A DNA stretch of 54,734 nucleotides, counting the filler, from Sphacelaria rigidula (lineage: Eukaryota), in assembly GCA_964200075.2 (NCBI GenBank). It is 5 parts of 5 records of this genome, joined end to end, with 100 filler letters (N's around TTAATTAATTAA, not from the genome) between each part and the next. Parts side by side here need not be neighbours in the genome. Positions count along the whole stretch, not along the records: positions 21,937 to 32,803 come from CAXNAA020005767.1; positions 32,904 to 43,769 come from CAXNAA020005768.1; 3 more parts are not named here. One strand, written 5' to 3'. Numbering within the stretch: position 1 is the first letter of the stretch; every line of letters begins with the position of its first letter. The notes beneath the pieces were generated by a model. The model saw only the letters and a list, made by a program, of their open reading frames with translations, was not told where the DNA came from and ran no database searches. The translations under genes and the position numbers were made by a program. Positions 25,407-38,135 of this stretch are shown here, piece by piece.

Positions 25407-25651
25407 CCTCCAGAGGAATTAAACGCCTCCGGAGGGTTGCGCGGCCCTCCAGAGGAAGTTTTTTGGTTTCCTCCAGAGGGATTAAACGCCTCCGGAGGCT
25501 TACTTTTGCCTCTGGAGGACCGCGCATACCCCCACATTCCTCCGGAGGGGTGCGTGGCCCTCCGGGTCGGTAGAGTTTGGTTTCCTCCAGAGGGATTGAA
25601 AGCCTCCGGAGGCTTGTTTTCCCCCTGGAGGGCGGCGCATCTCTCCGGAGG
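25407..25651. repeat. Array of ~12 palindromic CCTCYRGAGG decamers with a ~114-bp higher-order repeat
   Basis: Copies start near 25407, 25426, 25446, 25470, 25489, 25509, 25539, 25559, 25584, 25603, 25622 and 25642. Confidence 0.85.
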
Positions 25652-27092
25652 CCTTTCTGAATGCAGCCAACTGGCCGCGTGCGTCCCCTTCTACTGTATA
25701 ACAAAAACTACTCCACCAAACAGAAAATACACGAATCACATGGGGAATGACGGCATAAATACAGCTATCCTCGGCGCTCCTGAGTATACCAACAAAGGGT
25801 CCTCAGAGAACAAGCCAGGGCCGAGGGAAACACCACAGAGGGCCATGCACACGTGTGTTACACAATACACACCAAGCGCGTAGGTCCAGCCAGTCAGGGC
25901 AGCAACTTGCGAGCGCTCCCTTGACTTTGGCGCGCTGGCAACAACTACCTATCGATTCTGCTTACTTTTCTCGACGAAATCACTTGTACCAGACCATGAT
26001 ACACCCTAAACCACTTCCGGAACACAACGAAGGAAGGACATTTCACTATATACCGCGGATAGCTTGATTAGTTGCCGCATATCAACCAACTCGCCACGAG
26101 CCGAGCCGTGCATGGTCGTAGGATAGACGCGTATAACCAAGGTGTAAACAGACCAGAAATATCAAGAACTACACTCTGGAGGACACTCGGGAAATGAGGA
26201 TGAACGAAAAAAAAAAAACGAACGTCATCCGACGTACGCTATTCTAAGGAGTAAAACTGAGTACCGGTCTCGACGAAACTCTGTCAGGCTCTCGCCGGGG
26301 TTGTACTGTCAGGGTAAGGAGGCCGTGAAACGCACGGTCGTGGCACCAAGATGCAAGTCAGCGATCTGGAGACCGAACTACGACTACAATTATTTGGGCA
26401 GGAACTCTCAGCTTCCCACTTCAGGTCACATACATGGATACGCTTCAGAGGGGACACTGAGTCGAAGAAAGGACGGAAGTAAGGAAAGAGAAGAAGGGAG
26501 ATGGGGGATTAACGAAGGAACAAGGAAATTGCATTAAATACACAAGAGAAAGGAGAGGGAGAAGGAGAAGGCGAAGAGTTATCGGCACCACAAAAAATCA
26601 AACAAAAAAAGCGAAAAGAATACGATGGACTAGACACAGCTGTCCTCTCATGATATTTTATGGATACACTTACTCACGCAAACGGAAAGATACCGAAACA
26701 TACCACAGCAACACACCCCGTACTCACGCCCAAATGATCTGTTCACGCATACGATAGATATTGTCGGCGTCGCTTCAATCACACACCGCGGCCTACTCTG
26801 TGCAAAGGCAAGGGTCGAAATGTGCCTGGACGTACTACAAAAAAACACAACATCAAAAAACGATGAAATAGATTTTCCGAGCGCCCGCCCACGCTCACCA
26901 TATCGGTGAGCATGCGTAATACTCTCTACGATACAAAACAATGGTGACAATAATAGCATTGCAAGCGACGATCCCTGTGTCTAACAGCACGATTCGAACA
27001 CAACTCTCGCTCCAATAAAGTCGAAATCAAACCAAAATCGAAGCGTACGAGGAGAATATCAGTTGTAATGTTAACTCTAATAGTTACAGGAG

Positions 27093-27184
27093 AAAAAACA
27101 AAATCTGCGGAGAAACGCAGCAAAACAACGACTAGACTAAAAAAAACAAAATCTGCGGAGAGACGCAGCAAAACAACGACCAGT
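27093..27184 (+). repeat. Tandem duplication, ~47 bp x 2
   Basis: AAAAAACAAAATCTGCGGAGARACGCAGCAAAACAACGACYAG occurs twice. Confidence 0.85.
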
Positions 27185-29371
27185 ATAAGGCGGGCTCTCA
27201 CTTGCAGACACACAACAAGGACACCCCGCTAATGGTACTGTACACATCCGACACGAACGATTGGCCCCTCTTTTACACTTGTGCTTTTTCGCCTTATAGT
27301 TTTCTGGTGTCGTGTGAGTGCTTTCAAGAGTGGAAAATAATCTAAGCTGATGTGCGGGTACCAAGCTCTAGAATGATTGGCCCCTTCTCCCAATACATGT
27401 TTCTACAATCGGGAGACGAGAGGAAGACAAGAACAAGAGCGAAACTAAACTGGTGCAACGGCGAAACATTCCTTCCTGACTGTCCAATCACGCGCCGTTC
27501 TGCTTTAATTAACCCGTTACACTTGAAGGAGAGGGATACAAGGCAAACAAAGAACAAGCTTGAATAATGTATTCATGGCATGTAGCACGCGAACACGACA
27601 CCTCTTTCTGAGCTGCCTCTATAGCTTTTTAATACGAAGATCGACAGTCGAGAAAATAATCCACGCAGGACAGCAGCAGCAACGACAACGACAACGACAG
27701 TAACGGTTGGACAACGATGACACCAGTTCACTGTGTTGCCTTCGATGATTGAACCTCATCTTTCGATCAATACCCGCAGACGTGAAGGTATTGTCGAGCT
27801 AAAAAAACGCACCCGGTCGTGAAAAACCAAACTCGCATACATGCCTGACAACTAATGCCCACGGTCACGAGAAGGTACACCCTCCTGCAGGACAATAAAA
27901 TTACATGCATTGACGAAGCGTGCCTAATGCACGTTACTCTCTAGTGTGTTGTTCTGTAGTATGCTTGCCATGACTAAGTCAGCCCACATAAATCACGACT
28001 CCTTTTTCGCCTCAAGAGACTTGGGCACCTGGCGCCAATCGAACACCCTCCGCATCAACATACTCCCACTGGGGTGCAAACATTAGATAGACACCCTCGA
28101 CAAAATTGACTTGTGAACAGAGACACAACACCAAGCACACGGATTCGAGTGTACTAACTCAATGCGACAAGCAACTCCGACTGAGTGGCAAAACATGATC
28201 GTTCCGCGTACAAACGCGCGGATGGTAAACGAGGCTCTACTACAGCACTCGAAGCAAAATCAAAAACAGGAATACAGACAGCTAGCAGAGTCAACGAACG
28301 ATACCCCGGAGAGTTTGCAGGGACCAAGCACCATATCCATAGGCAGAGTCCAATCTACTCAACGAGGTAGGATCCTGGGCAAAAACATCGTCAGAGGCAG
28401 GCGCCACTTTTCACAACTGTAGGACACGGCAGGGCGAGGGGGAGGGGGGGGGGCACACAAATCGACAAAATACCCACGACGCATGCGTACATTATTTCCC
28501 ATCAATAGCTTGACTCGTGGCGTTATTCATACGCACATGATGAGAATCGCGAAGGCAACGGTAAGAGCACACAACAAAACCGCGAGCATGCCGCATTTCT
28601 TTGTACACTAACCAGACTACTCGGCGCTTGAAGACGTTCATCTAGCTATCGCGCACCCCAAAAGGTGCACTCTCGTCACAACGCCACACCATGTTTTTCG
28701 TCAAGCAGTCTTTGAAGCTACGCGATCTGCCGCGTCGTCTTTTACTTCTGCGGCGCAGTCCAAGGCAACGCAAGTCGTCGCGCCACGCATCACTATTCCA
28801 AGCGTTAAAAACACCATTTCCACCACGCCCTCCGGATCAGGTCAAGACGGGAGATGACTCCAGGCGTGAGAAATGCTTCCAAGGGTATTTGCCGAAGAGA
28901 GAATGATTCCAAGCTCATGCTACTTTTCAGATGCAAACTCTACTCGCACTATTTCTCCTTGAAAATAAAATATTCGCTTTGCTTTACCCTGCGCTCCCAC
29001 GCATGACATTCTTCACTGTTTACAACGATCGGAGAAATACCTTCAGTGCTGTGAGAAACCGTTCCCGCCGTGCACGTCCCCGAAGCTCCCACCACGACAT
29101 CCGACACAGGACACACGATACACGGATAGCTCCAGACGTGCGAACAAGAACGCTTTCCAACCGTGAGCTCTGGGGCCAGATCCTCTTTATTCCAGATGTA
29201 AGGTATTTCTCGGTGCTCAAAATCCGCACAAAAGACATATTGACAGGTACTCATCAAAGTGCTCCACCGAACGCATACCCCCGTCATCTCACATGTTTTA
29301 TCTTGCCCTATTCCACATTCTGTATCAATGTGCTGTCCCGCGTGCTATGTGCTCGTGGTCCACCACTGTCA

Positions 29372-29463
29372 TCATCTCATCAATATCGTCATCATCATCC
29401 TCATCATCCTCATCATCATCATCATCATCATCATCACCATCACCATCACCACCATCATCATCA
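29372..29463. repeat. (CAT/CAC)n trinucleotide microsatellite
   Basis: Direct reading. It produces the spurious poly-His, poly-Ile and poly-Asp ORFs. Confidence 0.92.
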
Positions 29464-32415
29464 TAGCTGGAAGTACTTGGTCCTACTCCACGACACCACC
29501 CCATTGCGCAGGGCATCCGATCTCGTCCCATCCTCAGAACTCAAAAAGCGCGAGGCCTTCAAAGCCGGGAATACGATGCAGACAGTGTTTCCTTCTGGTT
29601 CCAGAATTCTGGCGAGCTCCCGGTGGTGCGCCGGGTCGTAGGTTTCCTCTTTTCCGAGGGTATCTTCGAATTCGATTGCGGGTTTTTGCAGAGCACACTT
29701 GTGGACAGATTTTCGTGACATCAACGTGCGGGGGGTGCGTGGTTGGGGAGTGGGGATTTATTGATGTGGAACCCGAATTATTTTTCAAGAGAAGTGCTTG
29801 ATCCTGTTTGTCGTGCGAATCACCAACCGAGACAGAGCGCGTGCGTATGGGTGCTGCAGTGCTGCCGCGTCACTAGCAGCACGTCAACCATGAGGTAAAA
29901 CTAATGGTGTTGGATGTTCATGTTTCATTTTTGTTGTGTGGCTTTGGCTGACAGGGATACAAAGCTGGGCTACACCATGTGCATAGAGTGGAATTTGGCC
30001 TCGAATAACACTCTCGGAGAGTGGGATCGGCGTCGAGAAACCTTCAATATCGATAACCTCATCACCCTGAGCCTCAACCCGGAAATATTTTTTTCCAAAG
30101 TCATTTCGGCGCCGCCAACGAAGGAGATATCTTCATTTCAAAATGATGACTCGGGGTAATACAGAAGAAAAATTGAAGGCCAAAGCTGAGTGCGGTAGCA
30201 AGAGCGGGTTTTCGCACTATGGGCTGACACTGGACCAAACGCTCCGTTTTTCTCTCCTCGAGCCCGGAGCGTCCTCGAATTGCAACGTGGAAGGGAACGG
30301 AGGTTCCGGAGGAAAGACTGCGACTCTGAGGTTGTTTGCTCTGATCTTCAGGGGAACTGATTCGGTTTGAAAAAACCTACTTCTTGAAGCCCTTCGCCGG
30401 CAACCACGTTATTTACCTCGGCACTATGCATTGCCCTTCGACCACCTCGTCCGCCCCGCGCAGCTCGGGCGCAGTCATCTGTTAAATTACATTTACATGT
30501 GTACATAATACATTTCGCCTCACCACCATATTCTGTATTGAATAACTTTTTCGGATTGAAGTTCTTCACTCTTCTGTTGTCGTCGCAGGGTCTCCGGCTC
30601 GCGGTAACAATTGCCGCCGAGACTCAACTCTCGGTTGTTCTGGGGTATCCATTTGCTGCAAAAATTACTCAAATGACAAAAGCTGAAGGAATTTGCAGAA
30701 AAAACGTACAGTAAAATGCGACCGAAAACATGCACCGCCCTCCCTCACGAAATTTTCAGTTTTTACGTGTACTCGTTCACGTACAGTCGTAGTACACACG
30801 GAAACACAAGCAAGACTGTACAATTGGGGCTTTACAATATCGAAAAAAAAAGAATGATTTGGATCAAAAACGAAAACAAAACTCTTTCTCGTTATCACAT
30901 TCATCACATCACCTCGACAAAAAGCGCCAGGTACGACTTCATGAGCGGTTCAAATGTGGGCCACGTCTGGTTCAAGAGCGCCCGTCCGATCTCTCGCGAC
31001 TCTTCTCTCTTCAACGCCCGCGTCAACATCCCACGACACATGCTGACCAACTTGGACCTGCCGACCAATCCGATGCTCTGGAATCGCCTCCTCAGTTCGC
31101 CGTACAACAAGTCCTGGGTATCCCCGGCCATCACTCCATCCTTAGCCCCAAGCTCAACGATCTCTTCTCCTCCCAAGAACTCCCTTAGCCCGTCTATCCT
31201 CGCTTCCAATCTCGTGGTGACCTCAGCATGACACGTCCAATATGCGTGCACCAACAGCTCGCAAATGAGGTTCGGCAATTCGGGCTGTTTGAGCCCCGCG
31301 TGCGCAGTTGCGCTCTGCGCCCACCGCGCGGCGTTGGCCGCAGCCTCAAGAGCATGAGCTTCGATAGCCCGAGGGCCCGGAAAACGACGGAGCGATGTTC
31401 GCGTGCCGTGCATGGCCGACGCCGTATCCTGTGCCGCGTTCGCGCGACGGCCAAGCACTGACTCCGCTGCCATGCGCCGTGACCTCTCCGTATCAAGCAG
31501 TACCCGTAGTCGATGGACGGTGTCCGGGCCTACGGATGAGCCTGGCGACGGTGGTCTGAGAGTGCTCAGGGAATTGCTGGGGTTCGGGGCCGGAGGGGGA
31601 TGGGTGTTAGGTTGGGTGTCAGATAATAAGAGGGCGAGGAGTGGGGCTGGAGGGTGCATAGAAAAGAGGGGGCGAGAGAGAGGGGTGAAGTGATGCGTTG
31701 TGAATGTAGTAGAACTGCAGTGTTAAGCGATACAGGGTTGATGTGTAGCGAAGGCTAGGAAGTAGGCCTAGTGTGGTGTTGTGTGGTGTTGCGAGTTCGA
31801 TTGACATGTTTTCGGTCCCGTCTTGCTGCTTCAAACGTTTTCTGTGATATGCAAGGAACGGTTGCCATTTTGGTGACTTGTGTGCATGTCCAGTGTATTT
31901 TCTTGGATCAGTTCCAGGATGAGACGGGTCTCGATCGCATGGCACATGTTGATTGTGCCTCAACTTGCCCGTGCTGTGTATGTGCTGTCGCAGGGGGTGT
32001 AAACGGCGGGACACGACAGTCATGCAACTCGCAATCAACACCTTGGAACACCCTCCATTCGAAGAACCCCCAGTGCGGGGTGAACACAGCGGTACATGAG
32101 TCGGTGAACACCACATGCCAACACAGTACCATGTCCATCATCAAATTTACACAAACAGGCGGGACAAAAATCTTACCGCCTAGTGATCTTGGGCCGCAGC
32201 GCGTACTCCAAGTCATCGAGGCTCTTGCTGTTCCCGGCCCTGCTCATTTGCCCTTTGCGGTCAGCACTTCTCTCCACCTTCTTCCCGTTCACAACACCAC
32301 CATGGGACGTCATCCGCCTGAGCAACTGACCATTCTCAACATCCTTCTCCTCAGTTTCCAAGCTGATGGCTTCCGCACGATCGGGGCTGCCGCCGGATCG
32401 AGTCGTTGCGCTCGC
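29461..32415 (-). CDS. 3' part of a multi-exon hypothetical protein (coiled-coil region, then a possible Mieap/SPATA18-C-terminal-like domain)
   Basis: Exon 32415-32177 (TAG|...|GTAAG, phase 2) joins 31555-30913 (CAG|...|GTGATG) in frame. A probable last exon at about 29697-29461 gives ...YLALFVE-CALQKPAIEFEDTLGKEETYDPAHH...VCIVFPAL...YFQL*. Possible extra small exons (e.g. 30478-30417) are unresolved. Confidence 0.6.
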
Positions 32416-32803
32416 CTAGGTGGGATCATCGGTGTATGCGATGAGGACGAATTCATATCGAGCTCTACATGGAGGTATATCTAGAATCCCAACGGCAAGA
32501 GTGACACACCCGTGACATGTGAATCAAATATGGCTCGCGTAGCATTTCAACTCATCCATCTTTCGGCACCTGCTTGACAATTTGCTACTAAGTACTGCAT
32601 CGAACCTCCCGCGGCCCGTCGACTATGGTCAATTTTCATCATTTTCGCTACTAACGCAAGGGTCGATCACTCTGTTTTTGAAAGGAATGCACGCCACCGA
32701 AAACATTACTAAAAACGAAAAAATTGAGGGAGGGGGGGGGGGGGGGGGGGGGGAATTTGAGGTGAAAAATAAATACATTTTGTTGGAGGTGAGGAGGTAA
32801 CAT

Positions 32804-32903
32804 NNNNNNNNNNNNNNNNNNNNNNNNNNNNNNNNNNNNNNNNNNNNTTAATTAATTAANNNNNNNNNNNNNNNNNNNNNNNNNNNNNNNNNNNNNNNNN
32901 NNN
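32804..32903. other. Artificial contig linker
   Basis: N44-TTAATTAATTAA-N44. Confidence 0.98.
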
Positions 32904-32919
32904 CTCCTAACAATTCTAA

Positions 32920-33460
32920 TCTCAGAAATTATTTCTGTACCCCTACCGTAGCATCACTCTTCTGTAAACCCGGCGTATTTTCCCGGATATTTACCGTACC
33001 TTACAGTAGTGTGACTTCTGTAAGACTTTCATACCGGTACCCGACAGTGCTGTAATCTCTGAAAGACTTTCATACCCTTGCCGGACTCCCGTACCGTTAC
33101 CCGAGGTGCAGGTATGCTCTTGACAAGATACCCGGTTGCGGGCACGGGTTTCTGTGCAGCCCCCATACCCTTACCCAACAGTTCTGTGTGAGTTCTGTAC
33201 AGAATGTTTACCCGTACCCGGAGCGCGGGTATGCTCATGAAGAAATACCCGATTGCCGGTACAATTTTTCTGTAAGCCTCCGATACATACCCTACCCAAC
33301 AAGTTCTCTAATAGCTGTAAGACTTTCAAACCGGGACCCGACAGTTATGTAATTTCTGTAAGAGTCTTATACCGCTACCCGAAATCTCTGTAAGTTCTGT
33401 AAGGAATCTCATACACCCTACATAACATACCCGTACCCTGTACAGAACACAACCACCTTG
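32920..33460. mobile_element. End of a non-autonomous element built from short motif arrays
   Basis: Many interleaved copies of TACCCGTACC, TTCTGTAAG and ATACCCG.TTGC.GG, ending abruptly at ...GAACACAACCACCTTG|TA. Confidence 0.55.
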
Positions 33461-33899
33461 TAAAATATAGATACTACTGTCCTAGTCTATATATACGTAC
33501 CTCAAACTCGAGATTCCCGATATATTTCACAACAGTATTTTACAGTTGAATATATGAGGAACCTCGAGTTTGAGATAGCTCTAACAATAGATGTGAAGTG
33601 AATTGAGCACATACACGAGGTTGGAACGCTGCACTCCGCTGGATCATTTCGGACCGATCAAGATATGCTGCAAGTACGATATGCACTCGGTCGGGCGCCT
33701 GCTCTCATCTCCCGATCTTCATACGAGTACAGGCTGCTTTGGCTCGGTTTTAGTGTAGTTTCCACGAGTTGTGTTTCTCCCCTGGACCCTCAGGCCGAAG
33801 ACATAAGCAAGCCACAATTTCCCTGTATTACTGCACACACCACCAATCAATGCTGCACACCATCGACAAAGACACGACGTACCGCCTACCGCAATACAG

Positions 33900-34430
33900 C
33901 ATCTTTTCACGTAGGAACGGTGTAGCAAAGACGGATGTGGTGCTACTTTGAAGCTGCGGCATCATCTACGTAGCAGATTGATTCATGCGACACAACGGAA
34001 TTTCGACGTCCAACCAACACATAAAGCTACCCTGATTCTCACATGAAGTAGAGTGTCCATCATCTATTTGAGAGGTACGGCAGCGTTCAGCGATGGCAGC
34101 TCCCTCACACAAAAGGTCATGGAACAAGATACTGTATATCGAATCTTTTTGAAATCCAAAATTCAAAATCCCTCTCCCTACAACTAGCTGCCAAGACGCC
34201 CCAACAATAACTCCTCACAGAGGGACACGCTCAGGTATACTTCTGTGCGTCGGTTGGGCACATTCGGGTACAAATGCGGAGGGGTTTCACGGGAAATGTG
34301 CGGCGCGATTATTTGCAGTTCAGGTGACCTTGTTTCACTCTTTGGAGGTTCTTACTGTCTTCGAGTGTCAGCTAGTCAAGTGGTGGAGGCGCCTTGCTGT
34401 CAACGATATAGTTATAAGAGATGGCGGCCA
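33900..34430 (-). pseudogene. Decayed pogo/Tigger-like (DDE_1) transposase fragment
   Basis: Ordered remnants with stops: SYNYIVDSK, VKPLRIC, AASCREGILNFGF, IDDGHST, IPLCRMNQSAT*MMPQL..VFATPF. They resemble the N.DE / PL.I / S..GWM / DGHSSH / LP.H.T..LQPLD...F.PF blocks. Confidence 0.4.
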
Positions 34431-35349
34431 CGATAAAGAAGCCTAGAGAGAAACCTTTTCTGGATGATCCTGGGTTGTACCCGGAGTTTGCGAGGCTTGT
34501 GGAGCGACGAAAATTTCTACATTTTTCGCGACAGTTCTGTCACCGGCATAGGTGAGACCCCTCTGCAACCGTGTCCGCAAGTAGTATTTTGCCCTACGCG
34601 GTCAAGGTTCCGTTATCCTTCCGTGAAACCGGCTTATGTTGGCGTTCGAAATTTTTCGAGTTACTCGATGACCTCGCCTCTTTGGACATCATGCTTCTGG
34701 GAGAGTTCTCGCGGTTTTCTGCCGTTCGATGTCCTGCATCCCCTCCGTCAACAGCACCTTCGCACCCGCACACACTCAAGATGAAGATAATCGCCTACTA
34801 TCTGTATCACTAACGACACCCGCCTCGAAAATTCCGCGGTTTTCCCAAACGTTGATTTCTCTCGACACTGCAGTGGCCATGATGCTTGCGATCCACGTCG
34901 CCGGAAGGTGTGCGCAAGGATATGTTCCGTCAAGATGAATCCACAATCTAGACGCTTATATCACGAGCATAGCTAGAGTCTTGTTCATATGTTCCGACTA
35001 GAAGTCGAGCGCAAGAATGTTCTCGTCCGTGAATTGAAGGGGTGTTATACACCATCATTTGCTGCGTGTGTCGGCCTTCACCAGCACGCGAACTGTCATT
35101 GGCAGTTAGAGTCAGAACTAGCGCCCGTGAAAGGGTTCGGGATTGCTTCTGATGAGTTGAGAGCACCACGGATTGCTAAATATCGTTTCGACGTAACGTT
35201 TGCGCAACAGTCGGGTAATTTGGCACGTTACAGAAAACAGCAAGCGCAGTGCACACGGTACAGCGAGCGGTCTACCAGGATCATACATACTCTTTTCAAG
35301 TTAAACTGATGCCGATTCAACAGATGACCTACTCTCGCTGTTAAAGTGT

Positions 35350-38135
35350 CAAGCTCTCGAACCAATATCTCATCGACACAGACGAGTTGGGCCATGACCC
35401 ACATAATGTAAAAATCGTCTAACCAAGGGGAAGGTGGCCATCTGCTCAAAAGTCTGGGCCAATATTTTCTCGTTGATCAAACCCCATGTTGAGTCATTCC
35501 TATACCTAAGGAAGATAGCGTCCATACTAAAATCTTCATGAAACCCCGATCGATGCATTCAGCGGATAACGACGATTGTTGGTGTGACATTCTCTGGAGT
35601 ACGGAGAGACGACAGATACCCTCACCTTCACTTAATTCGTGACCTATCTCGAGACATGGCGCACATTAGTTTCTATTCTTTTCTAAGATCAATGTATTAC
35701 GAGCAGAGGCACTGGATGCATAAATCTAGATACAGCATCGCGTCTCAGTTTTCGAGAGTCCTGCTATGAAATTTCCACAGGCACCGTAGGTACGGTAGGT
35801 ACCCGGTACCGGTATTTGGGATATTTCATATCCTACCGATACCGGTCCGATAGGGTATTTTCAAAACTCATACCTCCGATACCTCCGATACCTCCGATAC
35901 CATGATATTTCAATATTTCAATCCGTGCCGTACCCGCTCGATCGGGTATGTTCAAAGCTCATACCTACGATACCTACGCATACCACGGTATGGGATACCC
36001 CGGTAAATACCGCGGGTATACCCGGTGATACCGGACGCGATGCACTCCTCACGGTGAAGCAGCCGGTCCTAAATTGTTATGCAAAGGCCAGAAGTTTTCG
36101 GACCAGGTACCGTCTTGTTTTCACATTATATTTACCCAGATTCCCCCTGATTTGCGTGTTTGGATCAATTCGAATGAACTCATTACTATGTAGTCTGAAG
36201 TGCGGGCGATTGTTTTTTTCTCAACCTGATGAATCTACCGCATTTCTGTTCTTAGGAGGCTTCAACCTCAATTTGTAATTAGTGGCGCGCGGAGAGCAAC
36301 TACAAAACAAAGAAGCTAAGCTTTTTCGATCGAAAACATACGGTCGAAAGGCACGAAGCGGCACTTGACTCCTATCTTATAGGCCACCACGCCAGACAAC
36401 ACCCGTTCACAGAACCATGCTAAATCCATCCAACTCATTCTCAGCTACCATCCCAACCCTGCAGCATCGAGCACGAGTTGAGAACACAGGGATAGATACC
36501 CTGTAGTAGTCGGGTATGCTTTGTTTATTTCTTGTTGGCGAAAACTTGCGTATCTTCTTCCTCCATGTTGGAATCAGCGACGGAACTGCGTGGTACGATG
36601 GGCAACCGAGTTGCGTACACTATCATGGACAGGCAGTACAAAGCTGCACATTGTTAAAGTTTTTTCCACGTCGAATTGTAAGCAGGGGGAACTGGTAGTC
36701 CTGGGCTGCCTGCACTGCACGTTGCCCACTTCTCTCGAAAAATCTTACTGTACGAAACACGTACACACGCACTCGAGAAACACTGCTTGCGAGCAGTGCA
36801 GACAGTACACATTGTCTGTACTGTAAACGAGTGACCATGTACCGTTTCACGAATTTCACCGTCTTTTTTAGATCGAAAGCTTGAAAATTCGATTCATACT
36901 CGACGAAAATGTGCGATTGTCGTTCAAATCAATTCCACCGCCACATCTTTCGATACATTGTTTTTCGCCAAGACACGCCCTGAAACGCTTCTCCGCGCTG
37001 CCGGATGGCAGTTTTGAATTCGGTATGGAGGGTAAGGCAGGTCCCCGGTACTGGTATCTGGGACATGTCATACCCTACCGATACGGGTCGAATCGGGTAC
37101 TTTCAAATGTCATACCTACGATACCAACGATACCACGGTATTTCAAGATCCCAATACCTGCCGTACCTGCCCAATCAGGTATTTCCAAAACTAATACCTG
37201 CGATACCTAGGGTACCATTGTATTCCGAGATTTCAATACCTACCGTACACGCTCAATAAGGTATTCTCAAAACGCATACCTACGATACCCATGCATACCA
37301 CGGTATGGGATACCCCGGTAAATACCGGGGATACGCCCGTTAGGGTACCTTTTCCTACGGTTCCTGTGGAAATCTCATATGGAGAACCGCTAGTACATAA
37401 TAAAGCTACAAAAACAACCTTTTCATTTCTTTTTCGCTTTTTTCATTTTTTTTGGGGGCTTTTAGGGCATTTTATGAGGAGAAATGAACACTGCTCTTCA
37501 ATATTACATCAATATTTTAGCTCAATTTTTAGAATTGTGAGTTGAAACTCGGCATGGAGAACCACAGACGTATGCTGAATGAAACAAAACGGACCTTTTT
37601 TGTTTTTGGAGAGATTCGGGCGTTCGCGCTAAAAAAATGGCCGTTACTATACGTTAACGCCCTAAATCAGTGAAGAATTAAGTAAATACTAATGACACCC
37701 ACTTTTTTTGGTTCATTATGTCCTAACGAGGTCTCACACAAAATTTCAGTACACAAACACCAAACGTAGGCCGGTAAGTGGCGTGCAAAATAAATACTGT
37801 TACGAATTTTAACCCACTCCGATACTGAACGGCCCATTCGCCGGCCAATATTTAGATTTGGACCTTGAAGTTTGGTATGGACAATGAATAGGGCACAAGA
37901 GAAAACTATGCGTGTACCCAAATATATATTTTTCTCATGCGTTAAGGGCAATAATCGATTTTTAGGTATCAGTAAAATGCCCTTAAATTATGGAAGAAAA
38001 AAATGGGTACACGCGTGATTCTTTTTTATTATGTCCTATTCATTTTCCCTACCAAATTTCCGGCTCCAACTCCAAATATTGGCCGACGAATGGGCCTGAG
38101 AACTACAAATCCGCCCTCTAGGCTGGCCCAGCTCG
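35350..38135 (+). mobile_element. Near full-length (~1.2 kb net) non-autonomous CGAGCTGGGCCAGCC-family element, interrupted by a nested insertion
   Basis: 35350-35775 and 37377-37560 are colinear with 6693-7290. The right TIR GGCTGGCCCAGCTCG|TA is at 38121-38137. Confidence 0.8.
35776..37368. mobile_element. 1.6-kb non-autonomous DNA transposon with an 8-bp TSD (hAT- or P-like)
   Basis: TIR CACAGGCACCGTAGG / CCTACGGTTCCTGTG. TSD GAAATTTC (35768-35775) / GAAATCTC (37369-37376). Subterminal ATACC-rich blocks are repeated directly at about 35795-36012 and 37036-37330. Confidence 0.8.

Noticed and set aside
25389-25883. CRISPR array or PPE-repeat ORF
   Set aside because: Repeats are only 10 bp, linkers are short and themselves repeated, no cas genes are present and the context is eukaryotic. 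The ORFs on both strands come from the palindromes.
28931-29801. 236-aa poly-His ORF and 180-aa poly-Ile ORF on the + strand
   Set aside because: Artefacts of the (CAT)n microsatellite, antisense to a better-supported exon.
31771-32484. 237-aa + strand ORF
   Set aside because: Antisense to a spliced minus-strand exon and intron, with no recognisable motifs.
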